A stretch of DNA of 64,000 nucleotides from an uncultured Acidobacteriota bacterium (GCA_963777605.1 CAVZRV010000007.1:384001-448000), one strand, 5' to 3'; shown: positions 10,551 through 22,592, counted from the stretch's first letter. Notes: generated by a model not told the origin, from the letters alone. A program made the numbers and translations.

Positions 10551-11470
10551 AATCTGACGTCAATCCCGACAACTTCCCGGATACGGTCTTCGAGAATGCA
10601 ACTCCTCCCGCTCGCGATCAATCCCAGATCGACAGCAGCGTTTCCAGGCAGGGCAGCACGGGGAGCCAGACCAACGATCTCAGAACCGAGCACCTCAAGT
10701 CCCGAACCTGCCGCCAACCGCCGGACAGCACGCAGAGCTTGCAGGGGAGCGGTTCGGCGAAACTCAACCAGGTTCATAGAAATTTGCGAGAGTTGGCGGT
10801 TGGTCAGTTGAAGACCGAGGGCCCTCACACCAGGAAGCCCTCCGGTACGCTCGCGAATCTGCCTCGCGATCAGCCGGAGGAGCGGCAACTCGGCCAGTTT
10901 CAGAAACACGTTAAAGGCAATCAGCACATGACGGGCACCCACGATCGTCGCTCCGGCCGTTGCATGGACGTGGTCCGGCCCGAAGTCGGGTTGCCTCAAA
11001 CCGGTCAGCCGGCCCTCCGCCTTGAGCCCCTCGAACTGGCCACGGCGTATCTGGGAAAGTTCTGTCCGATCGCCTCGCCTCGAAGCGAGTCCGTAGAGGT
11101 AGACAGGAACCGCCCACTCGGAAGCGAGCCGTTCTGCGAACTCGAGCGACATATCGACGCAATCACTCACTGTGACACCCTGCAACGGGATGAACGGGAC
11201 GACATCAACGGCTCCGATTCGCGGGTGGACTCCCTCGTGGAGATTCAAATCAATCGATTTCACTGCAGCGACGGCCAGCCGATAGGTCCCCTCCAGGACC
11301 TCCTTGGGCGCTCCAACTACGGTAAATACTCCTCGATTATGGTCGGCATCGCGATGAACATCGAGCAGGAAACAGCCCGGCACCTGTTCGACGGCGTCAC
11401 GGAACCGCGCGATCGCGCCCGGATCCCGTCCTTCGCTCAGATTCACAACAGATTCAACCAGAGGACTCAT
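10547..11470 (-). CDS. ftcD: Glutamate formimidoyltransferase
   Basis: ESVVNLSEGRD, DADHNR, HEGVHPRIGAVDVVPF, IRRGQFEGL, SEIVGL. Confidence 0.92.
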   Translation of the reverse strand: MSPLVESVVNLSEGRDPGAIARFRDAVEQVPGCFLLDVHRDADHNRGVFTVVGAPKEVLEGTYRLAVAAVKSIDLNLHEGVHPRIGAVDVVPFIPLQGVTVSDCVDMSLEFAERLASEWAVPVYLYGLASRRGDRTELSQIRRGQFEGLKAEGRLTGLRQPDFGPDHVHATAGATIVGARHVLIAFNVFLKLAELPLLRLIARQIRERTGGLPGVRALGLQLTNRQLSQISMNLVEFRRTAPLQALRAVRRLAAGSGLEVLGSEIVGLAPRAALPGNAAVDLGLIASGRSCILEDRIREVVGIDVRL

Positions 11471-11599
11471 TGCAGTGACTTCCCAGTCGCCCGCAAAAAT
11501 ATATCGAGAGCAGAAAGGCCGTCCCCGAGATCTCTCCGATCAGGGCAGTTTCGACCCTGATCGACACCGCGGACTTCGGCCGGATGTACACCCGGAACC

Positions 11600-12922
11600 T
11601 CATCCCTCCGGAACCACCTCGAGCGAGAGATCCAGAATCTGGAGATTTTTCATCCCCACAACCCGCACCCGGTAGTTGCCCGCCACCACGACTTCGTCTC
11701 CGACCTTCGCCGTCCTCCCGAGAATCATCATGACGTGGCCCGCGATAGTGTCGTTTTCATCATCATCGAATTCAATCCCGAGTTCGTGACTCAAGTCGTC
11801 GAGAAGAGTCCTTCCGTGCACCAGGTACTGTCCTTCGCCCGTCTTCTGAATCATTGCCGGGGGTGCTTCCACATCGAACTCATCCTGGATTTCTCCGACC
11901 AGTTCCTCCAGGATGTCCTCCAACGTGACGATGCCGATCGCTGAACCGAACTCGTCCACGACAATCGACAGATGCGTCCGCGTCTTTCGAAATTCGGGAA
12001 GCAAGGACTTGATTAACTTGCTCTCGGGAACGAATCGAACCGGACGCTTGATCAGCTTCAGTTCGAAATCCGGTCCCAAGTCCTGATATCTCCAGAACAG
12101 ATCTTTGACGTGCACCAAACCGACGACTTTATCCAGGCTCCCTTCGCAGATGGGGTAGCGGGTGTGGCGACGGGTTCGGGCCGTCCTCAGGTTTTCCTCA
12201 AAGCTCAATTCCGTGTTCAAAAAGACAACCTCACCGGACGGGACCATTATTTGGCGGACCGACCGGTCTCCGAATTCGAAAACCCGTTCGAGCATTTTCT
12301 GCTCTTCCAGATCGAGAATTCCCTCCTGGCTGGAATGGGCCAGAATCATCCTCAACTCTTCCTCTGAGTGAGCCGCCTCAGACTCGGTGGCAGGCTGAAC
12401 GCCGATGAGTTTCAATAGGCCGTTGGCGGCCGAGTTGAGGGACCAGATGAAAGGGTACGAGATCTTGTAAAAAAGGATCAAAGGCCCAGCCGTCCCGAGG
12501 ACAACCGGTACTGGCTTCTGGATCGCCAGCGATTTGGGAGCCAGTTCACCGAGGACAATATGAAGAAACGTGATCAGGGCGAAAGCCGCACCGGCGGCCA
12601 GGCTGTGTGTCAAGACCGGCTCGAACCAGCCGGTGAATTCGAACAACGGAGCGAACAACTCGGCGAATGCGGGTTCTCCAAGCCACCCGAGCCCGAGACT
12701 GGTAAGAGTGATCCCCAACTGCGTTGCGGAGAGATACTCGTCCATCTGAGTAACCAGAAGGTGGGCGCGACGCGCACGAGGTTTGCCCAGACGGATAAGT
12801 TCTTCGATCCTGGTGGCGCGGACCTTCACGATCGAAAACTCGGCAGAAACGAAAAAACCGTTGAGGAAGACCAGCGCCATGGCGGCAGCAACGAGAAACA
12901 GCTGGTTCGAAAGGTGGTCCAT
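11600..12922 (-). CDS. Hemolysin/CNNM family protein (DUF21-CBS-CorC)
   Basis: NGFFVSAEF, GELAPK, VVDEFG, TLEDILEELVGEIQDEFD. Confidence 0.93.
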   Translation of the reverse strand: MDHLSNQLFLVAAAMALVFLNGFFVSAEFSIVKVRATRIEELIRLGKPRARRAHLLVTQMDEYLSATQLGITLTSLGLGWLGEPAFAELFAPLFEFTGWFEPVLTHSLAAGAAFALITFLHIVLGELAPKSLAIQKPVPVVLGTAGPLILFYKISYPFIWSLNSAANGLLKLIGVQPATESEAAHSEEELRMILAHSSQEGILDLEEQKMLERVFEFGDRSVRQIMVPSGEVVFLNTELSFEENLRTARTRRHTRYPICEGSLDKVVGLVHVKDLFWRYQDLGPDFELKLIKRPVRFVPESKLIKSLLPEFRKTRTHLSIVVDEFGSAIGIVTLEDILEELVGEIQDEFDVEAPPAMIQKTGEGQYLVHGRTLLDDLSHELGIEFDDDENDTIAGHVMMILGRTAKVGDEVVVAGNYRVRVVGMKNLQILDLSLEVVPEG

Positions 12923-13041
12923 GGCCGTGGATTGTACAGCACTTGGCCGAAAGCTCGCGCTTGAACCATTTGAACACTTCACGCATCTTTGTGTATTGTG
13001 CGGAACGTTGTCATGGAATGAGAGATCAGGAGGTTACCCGT

Positions 13042-13902
13042 ATGATTCACAGAACTGCTGTCTTCGTTTGCCTCCTGGTCCTGTCATCCCTGCCGACGCT
13101 GGCCCAATCTGGTCAGAACTCGGATCGTCCCGCTCCGGCACCCCGCCCGACTTCTCGTCCAACTTCGCCGGTAACTCCCTCCGTCGGCCAATCCGGGCCT
13201 ATCGTCGGACGAACAGTGCCCGGCTTCGGCCGGGCAACAAGCCGCACCATTCCCGGCATATCGGGTGAGGACTTCGGCGCTTCCAAGCCAGCCGTTATGC
13301 CTACTCAAACCTACGGATGGGGTTCCTTCATCGACTACCACGGATGGTACCGCTGCAACCTGTTTTTGGAGCGGCTGTACGGCCTCTACTCATTTCTGCC
13401 TGTGAATGACTACCTCTGGCGATACGCACAGGGGGACTCCGCGTTGACTCCCGAGGCCGTTCGCTTCGCCCTGCGTGATTCTGTGACGGCGTCAAGCAGC
13501 CTCCAACAACTGGGCCAGGATCTCGATGATCTGATCGACGCCTACTCCCGCGGAGACATGACCCGGGAAGAGTTTTCAGAGCAGCTGTCTGCCACGACCA
13601 AAGAGATCAGGAAATCGGCCAAGAAGATCCGCAAAGACCGCTTCCTCGACTACCTGGACCAAGGTGCCTCCCGCGACGTCCCAAACTATGCCCAGGCGAG
13701 GAGCCTTGCACAACTGCGATCCCTCAGCGCGGCGCTCCAGCAGACCAGCGAGCAGATCGGCGACACGCTGGCCGATTACCTGGCACGGGATCGCACTCGC
13801 GTTGTCTCGGTGGACCAGCTTCAGTCCATCTCGACTGAGACCCTCTCCAAGCAGGTGGACCAGATGGCCAAGGCAATCGAAAAGTCCGGTCGAACTCTTT
13901 AG
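13042..13902 (+). CDS. Hypothetical secreted protein (Pro-rich linker, helical C-terminus)
   Basis: AGGAGG RBS and signal peptide ending PTLA-Q; no recognised domain. Confidence 0.7.
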   Translation: MIHRTAVFVCLLVLSSLPTLAQSGQNSDRPAPAPRPTSRPTSPVTPSVGQSGPIVGRTVPGFGRATSRTIPGISGEDFGASKPAVMPTQTYGWGSFIDYHGWYRCNLFLERLYGLYSFLPVNDYLWRYAQGDSALTPEAVRFALRDSVTASSSLQQLGQDLDDLIDAYSRGDMTREEFSEQLSATTKEIRKSAKKIRKDRFLDYLDQGASRDVPNYAQARSLAQLRSLSAALQQTSEQIGDTLADYLARDRTRVVSVDQLQSISTETLSKQVDQMAKAIEKSGRTL

Positions 13903-13918
13903 AGAGATAGCGGGGAAC

Positions 13919-14665
13919 TCACCCATATCGGACGCTGGCCCGGGCCACGGTGAGGACTCCAACCCACTCACAATGTCTCCGTTTGAGGAGTGATGCCATT
14001 TCGGCCACCGTCGTTCCCGTAGTCAGTATGTCATCGACCAGGAGATACCGATGCCCCGAAAGATCGGAGTCGCCATCCAGGGTAAATGCTCCTTTGAGAT
14101 TGCGACGCCGTGAAGCAGGATCGAGCCCGTACTGAGGGCGAGTGTTGCGGTTCCTCCGTACCGGCTGTTCGATTGGCAGGTCCAGTATCTTCGAGAGTTT
14201 CCAGGCAAGGGCAAGCGTCTGGTCGAATCCCCGCTCGCGGACCCGGCGGGAATGGATCGGGACAGGAACAAGTCCGCTAACCCCTGCATCCATGAACTCC
14301 CGGGAGAAGCTCTCGGACAGGAGTTCGGCAAGAGGGCCGTCCAGACGGCGACTTCCACGGAACTTGAATTCCCACAGGAGCGTCCTCAGAGATCCCTCGT
14401 AAGGCCCCCAGGACGCCGCCTTGTCGAACGGATAGTTCTCGACCCTGCAACGCGAACAGGGATTGCCGACACTCAAAAGATCTCCCGGAACGGGAATTCC
14501 GCAGTACGGACAGGTGGGGAGCCAGTGACCCCGGAGTTCCGAGTTGCAGGAATGACAAAGGGGCCGACCATCTGGCTCAACAGTCCACTTCCGGCAAAGG
14601 ACACAGGACTGAGGATAAAGAAAGCCGAGAAACAGGCGTCTGCATCCATTAAGCCAGGTCATCAA
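13919..14665 (-). CDS. comF: ComF family protein (double zinc ribbon + PRTase)
   Basis: CxxC pairs, VPVP, RGFDQ, LLVDDILTTGTT. Confidence 0.9.
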   Translation of the reverse strand: MMTWLNGCRRLFLGFLYPQSCVLCRKWTVEPDGRPLCHSCNSELRGHWLPTCPYCGIPVPGDLLSVGNPCSRCRVENYPFDKAASWGPYEGSLRTLLWEFKFRGSRRLDGPLAELLSESFSREFMDAGVSGLVPVPIHSRRVRERGFDQTLALAWKLSKILDLPIEQPVRRNRNTRPQYGLDPASRRRNLKGAFTLDGDSDLSGHRYLLVDDILTTGTTVAEMASLLKRRHCEWVGVLTVARASVRYG

Positions 14666-14820
14666 CCTGTATTAACGAATGAGGGTCACACAAGTGCGAG
14701 TCGAAGTTCCCCGGAGAGTGCCACCCGATGGGCTCGAAGAAAACCGGGGACCGGCTGGCCTGCCCGTTCGCCGGATCAGCCCAAGCCGAACCGTCCCACT
14801 CGTTCTCGCAACAACCCTGC

Positions 14821-15177
14821 CTAGAATCGCCTCCGCTCTTCCCGTTCCTGTGCCTTGACACTGAGCTTGGCCCAAGGCACCGCTTCCAGACGCTTCTTGT
14901 CAATGGGCTCCCCACTATGAAGACAGATCCCGTAGGTCCCCTCCTCAATCCGCTTGAGCGCCGCCTCAATTTCCTGGAGAACCTTGCGATCGACACTGCT
15001 CAGGCTGAAGAGAAACTCTTTCGTATAGGTACTCGCCGCCTGGTCGAGCGGATCCATGGTCTCATCGGCGGTGTCACTGTCTCGCCCGTAGCTTTCTGTC
15101 TTGCGAACCCTACTTAGAACTTCGGCCCTGGCCGCCAACAGCTTCTCTTTGAAATGCTCAAGATCAAGCTCTTCCAA
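14821..15177 (-). CDS. dksA: TraR/DksA family zinc-finger regulator
   Basis: DPLDQA, ALKRIEEGTYGIC, IDKKRLEAVPWA. Confidence 0.85.
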   Translation of the reverse strand: MEELDLEHFKEKLLAARAEVLSRVRKTESYGRDSDTADETMDPLDQAASTYTKEFLFSLSSVDRKVLQEIEAALKRIEEGTYGICLHSGEPIDKKRLEAVPWAKLSVKAQEREERRRF

Positions 15178-15189
15178 TCTCTTCCTCCG

Positions 15190-15660
15190 TCAACGGTGAT
15201 AGGGCAGCCCCTTGAGAATCGACAAGGCCCGGTAAACTTGTTCGAGCAAGACCACTCGAGCCAGTTCATGGGGCAGCGTGAATCGACTCAGCGAGAGTCG
15301 AAAGTCGCTCTGACCCAGCAACTGACCAGAGAGTCCGAGATGACCGCCACATACAAAAGCAACCTCCTGAACGGGACCAACCAGCATTTCATTCAGGAAG
15401 TCTGAAAACTGCACGCTGGTCAATTCTTTGCCCGACTCGTCCAGTGCCACCAGATAGGTCCCATCCTTGAGCTTCCGACGTACAGCACCAAGTTCCCGGT
15501 TCAAGCCGGAACTGTGTGCCCGAGGATCGGTCTTCCTGGCTTCGCGAATCGAAACTTGCTCACACGGAACGCTCCGCCGAATTCGATTCAGATAATCCTC
15601 TTCGGCACTCGCATAGCAGGAATTTCTGGTAGCGCCAACCCACAGGAATTTTAACTGCAC
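15190..15660 (-). CDS. rlmH: 23S rRNA (pseudouridine1915-N3)-methyltransferase
   Basis: ALDESGK, LSLSRFTLPHELARVVLLEQVYRA...PYHR. Confidence 0.95.
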   Translation of the reverse strand: MQLKFLWVGATRNSCYASAEEDYLNRIRRSVPCEQVSIREARKTDPRAHSSGLNRELGAVRRKLKDGTYLVALDESGKELTSVQFSDFLNEMLVGPVQEVAFVCGGHLGLSGQLLGQSDFRLSLSRFTLPHELARVVLLEQVYRALSILKGLPYHR

Positions 15661-15732
15661 GTCAGAAAAAGATTCCCAAATCTACACAATTCGCACATCC
15701 AGAGCAACCCTGAACAGAACTTTTCCACTGTC

Positions 15733-16087
15733 CTATACGGTCAAAGCAGCCGGTTCGAGACGAACTCCATCGTGCCAGAGGCGTTCCAGTTTGTAGTAGT
15801 TTCGAGCGTCCTGCGAGAAGATGTGCACCACACAATCGAGGTAGTCCATGAGAATCCATTCGGCTTCCTGGTACCCTTCAACGTGAGCAGGGCTGGTCTG
15901 CTCATCCTTCTTCAGCCGTTCTTTGATCCCATCGCAAATGGCCTGATTCTGGCGTTGATTGTTCCCGCTGCAAAGGACGAAGTAGTCCGCGAAAGAGGAG
16001 ATTTTCGAGATGTCCATTACGACAATGGACTCGCCCTTCTTCTCTTCGATGGCGTCGCAGACCTTTTTCAGCATTTCCTTCCTGTTT

Positions 16088-16095
<8 letters not shown>
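15733..16095 (-). CDS. rsfS: Ribosome silencing factor
   Basis: EKKGESI, ADYFVLCSG, WILMDY, YYKLERLW; nadD-rsfS-rlmH synteny. Confidence 0.95.
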
Positions 16096-17766
<1,671 letters not shown>

Positions 17767-17780
17767 CTAACCGGGGCAAC

Positions 17781-17817
17781 AAAAAAGGCCGCGAGGAACG
17801 AACGTCCCCCCGCGGCC
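17781..17817 (-). terminator. Rho-independent terminator after rpmA
   Basis: GGCCGCG...CGCGGCC stem followed on the minus strand by T6 (17781-17786). Confidence 0.75.
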
Positions 17818-17836
17818 CATAAGGCGCGCCAATGTC

Positions 17837-18094
17837 CTAGTTGATCGACTCAACCAGAACGAACTTGCCCATCCGGCCTCGCCGCTGAAACTTGACGTAG
17901 CCGTCAACCAGTGCAAAAAGCGTGTCATCTTTTCCACGACGAACATTCAAGCCGGGCTTGAACGGTGTTCCCCGCTGCCGTACCAGAATTGAACCTGCGG
18001 TGACGAACTGCCCGTCGAACCGCTTAACCCCAAGCCGCTGAGACTGGCTGTCCCTCCCGTTCTTGGAGCTTCCGAGACCTTTCTTATGTGCCAT
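17837..18094 (-). CDS. rpmA: 50S ribosomal protein L27
   Basis: [24 protein letters not shown]. Confidence 0.99.
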   Translation of the reverse strand: MAHKKGLGSSKNGRDSQSQRLGVKRFDGQFVTAGSILVRQRGTPFKPGLNVRRGKDDTLFALVDGYVKFQRRGRMGKFVLVESIN

Positions 18095-18184
18095 GGTTCG
18101 TTACCTCTCTTGATCTGCCGGCACTCGTCCCTGCGGAATCAGCCCTCCGGCATCAAAGGCCGCGACTTTGCTGTCGGCAGCAGC

Positions 18185-18523
18185 CTACGCCTCACCCTCA
18201 GTCGATCCCTCGGGGGCACGAATCTCCTCAATCCGCACCCGGGTCAAAAACTGACGGTGGCCGTTCTTTCTCCGATACATCTTCCGGCGCTTAAACTTGA
18301 AGATGATGACCTTTTCACCCTTGCCCTGTTCGAGGATCGTGCCCACCACCCGGGCCGACGGGACAGTCGGGCGGCCAACTACCGGAGTCTCACCATCTTC
18401 CAGGAAGAGCACCTGGTCAAAAACCACTTCGTCTCCGACGTCACCCGCGAGCTTCTCAACTTCAACCACGTCGCCCGCTTTGAGCCGGTACTGTTTGCCA
18501 CCACTATTGATAACTGCGTACAT
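18185..18523 (-). CDS. rplU: 50S ribosomal protein L21
   Basis: MYAVINSGGKQY...GHRQ. Confidence 0.99.
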   Translation of the reverse strand: MYAVINSGGKQYRLKAGDVVEVEKLAGDVGDEVVFDQVLFLEDGETPVVGRPTVPSARVVGTILEQGKGEKVIIFKFKRRKMYRRKNGHRQFLTRVRIEEIRAPEGSTEGEA

Positions 18524-18670
18524 CAGATTACCTCGACCGTCAAGAAGCCGTACCTTCTCTATTCACCCGTATGGGCCGAAAGGTGCAGATTATAACGACA
18601 ACCTGAACGCGGTGTCAAAGAGAGTCGCTGACCCGCGATCAAACTTTCCTCGACAACCGGAACAGTTGCC

Positions 18671-20122
18671 CTACTTCCGCCAGAACATGGGCGTGAACAC
18701 CACGAGAACTGTGTAGTACTCAAGGCGACCGGCCAGCATGCAGAAGCTCAGCACCCACTTTACTACGAAAGGAAGATGAGCGTAGTTGTCGGCTGGTCCA
18801 ACGTCGCCAAGCCCCGGGCCAATGTTGAACATGCAGGCCGCGACTGCAGTGAAGGCGGTAACCAGGTCAACACCAAACGCCGTCAAAATGAGGCACGCGC
18901 CGAAATTGATCAGAAATGCCAGGTAGACCAGGTTCAGGACACTGGCGATCGAATTTTCGGCAACCGCCCTTCCCTGCAGTCGAATCGCGAAGACACCCCT
19001 TTTTTCGACCATCTTCCGAAACTCGCGACCAATGACCTTGAGCAGCATGACAATACGTGCCACTTTCATGCCGCCGGCCGTCGAACCGGTGCATCCGCCG
19101 ATGAACATCAGCACCAGGAGAAGAAAAGTCGCAAAAGAAGCCCACTGTTCAAAATCGACCGACGAGAACCCGGTCGTCGTCATGATGGAAACAACCTGGA
19201 ACGCGGCCAGGCGAAAGGACTCCTCCAGGGAGTACCCGGCGCCGACCAGGAGGGTCGCGCCAACAGCAAGGGTTGCCGCCGCCGCGATTGCCACGTACGC
19301 ACGAAGTTCCGGGTCGGTGAAAAAGGATCGTGGTTCTCTCTCGACAAAGAGCCGGTAGTGCTGGGTGAAATTCATCCCCGCCAGCAGCATAAAGAGGATT
19401 ATGATGTATTCAATGGAGGGACTCTGGTACGCCTCGATGCTCACCGCCCGGGTCGAAAAGCCTCCTGTCGCCATGGTCGCAAAGGTGTGGCAGACGGAGT
19501 CAAAGCTCGACATGCCGGCAATCCTTAGCGCAACGTACTCCGCCAGGCTGAAAGACACGTAAATCTTCCAGAGCGCCAGCGCCGTCTCTCCAATTCGGGG
19601 TTTGAGTTTCTCCGAGCGGGCCCCGGAGAACTCCGCCCGGTACAGTTCCATCCCCCCGGTTCCCAACAGCGGAAGGATCGCGATCCCGAGAACGATAATC
19701 CCCATTCCGCCCAGCCAGTGGGTCATCGCCCTCCAGAGGAGCAGGCTGCGGGGAAGTCCTTCGATGTCGGTCAGGATGGTTGCCCCGGTCGTGGTGAAGC
19801 CGGACATCGACTCGAAGAAGGAATCGGTGAAACTGGGGACGTAAGGAGAAAAGTAATAGGGAAGCCCGCCCAGAATACATCCGGCGACCCACGCCAGGGC
19901 CACCAGCAGGATTCCCTCCCGGCGGTTGATTTCGTGCGCTTCGGAGGGGAGGAGCAGCCATGCCAGCCCCCCTGCAAGCGCCCCTATCCCAAACGTCGTC
20001 AGCAGGGGAAACAGTCCGGGATCCTGCTCCCAGAACGCCAGTCCGACACAGGGCAGGAGGCTTGCTGCAATCGCCCAGAGGAAGAACCCCAGAACCCTCA
20101 GAAGTGCCGGCCAACTTATCAC
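18671..20122 (-). CDS. trkH: Trk K+ uptake membrane protein
   Basis: FESMSGFTTTG, TGGFS, TTTGF, GSTAGG, NIGPG, GRLE. Confidence 0.96.
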   Translation of the reverse strand: MISWPALLRVLGFFLWAIAASLLPCVGLAFWEQDPGLFPLLTTFGIGALAGGLAWLLLPSEAHEINRREGILLVALAWVAGCILGGLPYYFSPYVPSFTDSFFESMSGFTTTGATILTDIEGLPRSLLLWRAMTHWLGGMGIIVLGIAILPLLGTGGMELYRAEFSGARSEKLKPRIGETALALWKIYVSFSLAEYVALRIAGMSSFDSVCHTFATMATGGFSTRAVSIEAYQSPSIEYIIILFMLLAGMNFTQHYRLFVEREPRSFFTDPELRAYVAIAAAATLAVGATLLVGAGYSLEESFRLAAFQVVSIMTTTGFSSVDFEQWASFATFLLLVLMFIGGCTGSTAGGMKVARIVMLLKVIGREFRKMVEKRGVFAIRLQGRAVAENSIASVLNLVYLAFLINFGACLILTAFGVDLVTAFTAVAACMFNIGPGLGDVGPADNYAHLPFVVKWVLSFCMLAGRLEYYTVLVVFTPMFWRK

Positions 20123-20131
20123 AAGCGCTAC

Positions 20132-21487
20132 CTAGTAAATAAAGGCCTTTTCCAGCTTGGGGATCACATTCTCGAGGCAAAAGAAAATCACGCGGTCGTC
20201 GAGCCGAATCACCGAGTCACCCCCGGGCACCTCGACGGCTCCTGTCGGGCGGACGATCGCTCCGACAAGAGCGCCCCGGGGCAACGCCACGTCTTTAAGA
20301 GCTTTCCCGACGTACTTGGATCCCGGAGTGGCGACCAACTCGATGGCCTCGGCCTCGTCCTCTCGAAAGGTAGTCACGGAAACCACGCGCCCCTTCCGGA
20401 CATACTGCAGGATCCGATCGACCACGATCAGGCGCGTGCTGAAGGTCGAATTGATTCCGAGCAACTGGGTCATCGGAAGAAAGTCGATCCGGTTGACGAG
20501 TGCGACCGCTTTTCGCGATCCCATCCTCTTGGCCAGCAGGCAGGCGATGATGTTGACTTCGTCATCCCCGGTCAAGGCCAGGTAGGCATCGGTGCCCCGG
20601 ATGTTTTCTTCCGCAAGAATCCTCTGGTCGGTCCCGTCGCCGTGGACAACGACCGTCTTCTTCACGACAGTCGCAATCTTCTGGCATCGTTCCAGGTCAC
20701 GCTCGAACAGCTTCACCTGGACACCGTCAGCTTCCAACCGGAGAGCAGCCTCAATCCCCAACTGCTTTCCACCCAGGACGAAGACCCGCTGAACCCGCTC
20801 CTGCCGGGGCAGGTCCAGGAACTGGAACGTGCTGTTCAACTGGGCTTCCGGAACGACTACGTAAATGTGATCGCCTTCCCTGAGTTCATCGTCCCCGTGG
20901 GGAATGATCACCCGGCGTTCCCGGAAGATCATGGCAACCAGGAAGTTGATGTCACCGGAAGCCGAGTCGAGTTCCGAGATGCGCCGTCCAGCCAGCCCGC
21001 TGCGCGCCTCCACCGTCATCCCGAACAACTTCACCCGCCCGTCGGCAAACGGAAGGATCTCGGAGACCCCCGGCAAACCGACGACCTGGAGTATTCTCTC
21101 GACCGTTTCACTGTCCGGGTGGATAACCAGGTCCACTCCCATCAACTTGCTGGAACAAATCGAACGCCATCGTTCGACTTCGTGGGTCCGAAGTCTCGCT
21201 ACCTTGATCCGAATATTCGAAAACGCCTGGGCAATCAGGCATCCCAGTACGTTGGTCTGATCGTTGGAAGTAACGGCGATCAGCATGTCCGCGCTGATCA
21301 ACCCGGCCCGTTCCAGAGCCTTGATGCTGGAAGCATCGCCGTGGACGATCTTCGCATCCAGGACATTTTCAAGTTCGGCGCTGCGGTCATCACTCGACTC
21401 GACGATGGTGACCTCGTTCTTTTCCCGAATGAGCCTTTGGGCCACCAGAGTACCGACAGCACCTCCGCCCAGAATCAACACTCTCAT
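20132..21487 (-). CDS. trkA: Trk K+ uptake NAD-binding protein
   Basis: Two RCK_N/RCK_C pairs (GGGAVG, GGKQLG); adjacent to trkH. Confidence 0.96.
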   Translation of the reverse strand: MRVLILGGGAVGTLVAQRLIREKNEVTIVESSDDRSAELENVLDAKIVHGDASSIKALERAGLISADMLIAVTSNDQTNVLGCLIAQAFSNIRIKVARLRTHEVERWRSICSSKLMGVDLVIHPDSETVERILQVVGLPGVSEILPFADGRVKLFGMTVEARSGLAGRRISELDSASGDINFLVAMIFRERRVIIPHGDDELREGDHIYVVVPEAQLNSTFQFLDLPRQERVQRVFVLGGKQLGIEAALRLEADGVQVKLFERDLERCQKIATVVKKTVVVHGDGTDQRILAEENIRGTDAYLALTGDDEVNIIACLLAKRMGSRKAVALVNRIDFLPMTQLLGINSTFSTRLIVVDRILQYVRKGRVVSVTTFREDEAEAIELVATPGSKYVGKALKDVALPRGALVGAIVRPTGAVEVPGGDSVIRLDDRVIFFCLENVIPKLEKAFIY

Positions 21488-21517
21488 CAGCTCAACCGTT
21501 CCGTCGGAGAAGTTCCG

Positions 21518-22096
21518 TTACCGCCTGCTTGTCTGCCCATTGTCCGGCTTGGGCGCCGGAGCCGGCAAATCACGCAGAGCAGGCAGATCCACCCATTCAA
21601 ATGAAGACAAGATCGTTTTCAACGCCGGCAGTGCAGCCGTCACGCCATCAGGCTGCTGCGAACTCAATGAAAAGACCACAAAGTATCGTGAGAAAGGCCC
21701 TGTCGCAACCAGTTCCTGCCGAACTCCCGGACAATGATAGTCCTCAAGCTTGAAAGGCTCAATGGAACTCATATGCGCGTCTTTGTAGGGTTGGACCTCG
21801 CCGAAGGGACAGGCGTCGAGAAACTCCTTCCGGCTGGAGTTCATGAACCCTTCCAGCCCCTGGTTTCCGTCCCGCCGAATGAACCGGGCGACGATCAGAG
21901 ACTCCGCCCTCCTCCAGTCCTGACCTTTCGGGTGGAAAATGAAATTGGCGATCTGGGGAGCTGCCCCGGTATCCAGTTCCCATCCCTCCGGTTCCATGAC
22001 TTGGAAGGAAAACCCCCGACCGTAGAGATGTACCACCCGGCCCTCCGCTGAAACGGGCGAAAGCAAACCGAGGAGGAGGGTCAGGAAGAGCACCAT
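21518..22096 (-). CDS. Hypothetical secreted protein
   Basis: Signal peptide MVLFLTLLLGLLSPVSA; TAGACT 7 nt before the ATG. Confidence 0.7.
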   Translation of the reverse strand: MVLFLTLLLGLLSPVSAEGRVVHLYGRGFSFQVMEPEGWELDTGAAPQIANFIFHPKGQDWRRAESLIVARFIRRDGNQGLEGFMNSSRKEFLDACPFGEVQPYKDAHMSSIEPFKLEDYHCPGVRQELVATGPFSRYFVVFSLSSQQPDGVTAALPALKTILSSFEWVDLPALRDLPAPAPKPDNGQTSRR

Positions 22097-22171
22097 TCGG
22101 ATGAGTCTAGCACGCAGCTGCCAGACAGTTAACCCGCATTTTCGCCAGGGTCGATAGCCAGGCCGAGGAGA

Positions 22172-22274
22172 GGCGGAAGGCCGCAAGGCGCATGACGAAG
22201 GACCCAGAAGGCTCACTTGACGGTACGTCAACAGAGCCAGGAAGTGCAACGCAGCAGATGCCAGTCTATCCGCC
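22172..22274. repeat. Palindromic REP/MITE-like intergenic element
   Basis: Terminal GGCGGA/TCCGCC with an inner stem GGCTC-ac-TTGACG-gta-CGTCAA-ca-GAGCC. Confidence 0.45.
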
Positions 22275-22361
22275 GCCGCAGTAGAAGTCCGGTGAGTGAT
22301 GACGCGTAAGCCTTCACCCGGGACCTTCGCGGAAGGAGACGAACTCACCTATAATAGACTC

Positions 22362-22592
22362 ATGCCCATTTTCGAATATCGCTGTTCCCGCTGCGCCTCG
22401 AACTTCGAGAAGATCGTCTATGGAAAGGAGTCCGTACCCGCGTGTCCCAATTGCGGAGAAACCGACGTCGAGAAGCTCCTCTCCAGCTTTGCGGTGCATG
22501 CGGAACAGGCGCGCCCGTCGAAAGGCGAATCCGGTTCCTGTCCCTGCCCGTGCGGTGCGGCTGAGCGGGGGCAGTGCCAGATGATGTCCTGA
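22362..22592 (+). CDS. FmdB family zinc-ribbon protein
   Basis: MPIFEYRCSRC...CPNCG...KLLSSF and a Cys-rich tail. Confidence 0.9.
   Translation: MPIFEYRCSRCASNFEKIVYGKESVPACPNCGETDVEKLLSSFAVHAEQARPSKGESGSCPCPCGAAERGQCQMMS

Noticed and set aside
19718-21604. 628-aa plus-strand ORF
   Set aside because: Antisense shadow of trkA/trkH, typical of GC-rich DNA. The same applies to 10109-11560, 31825-33228 and 53787-55100.
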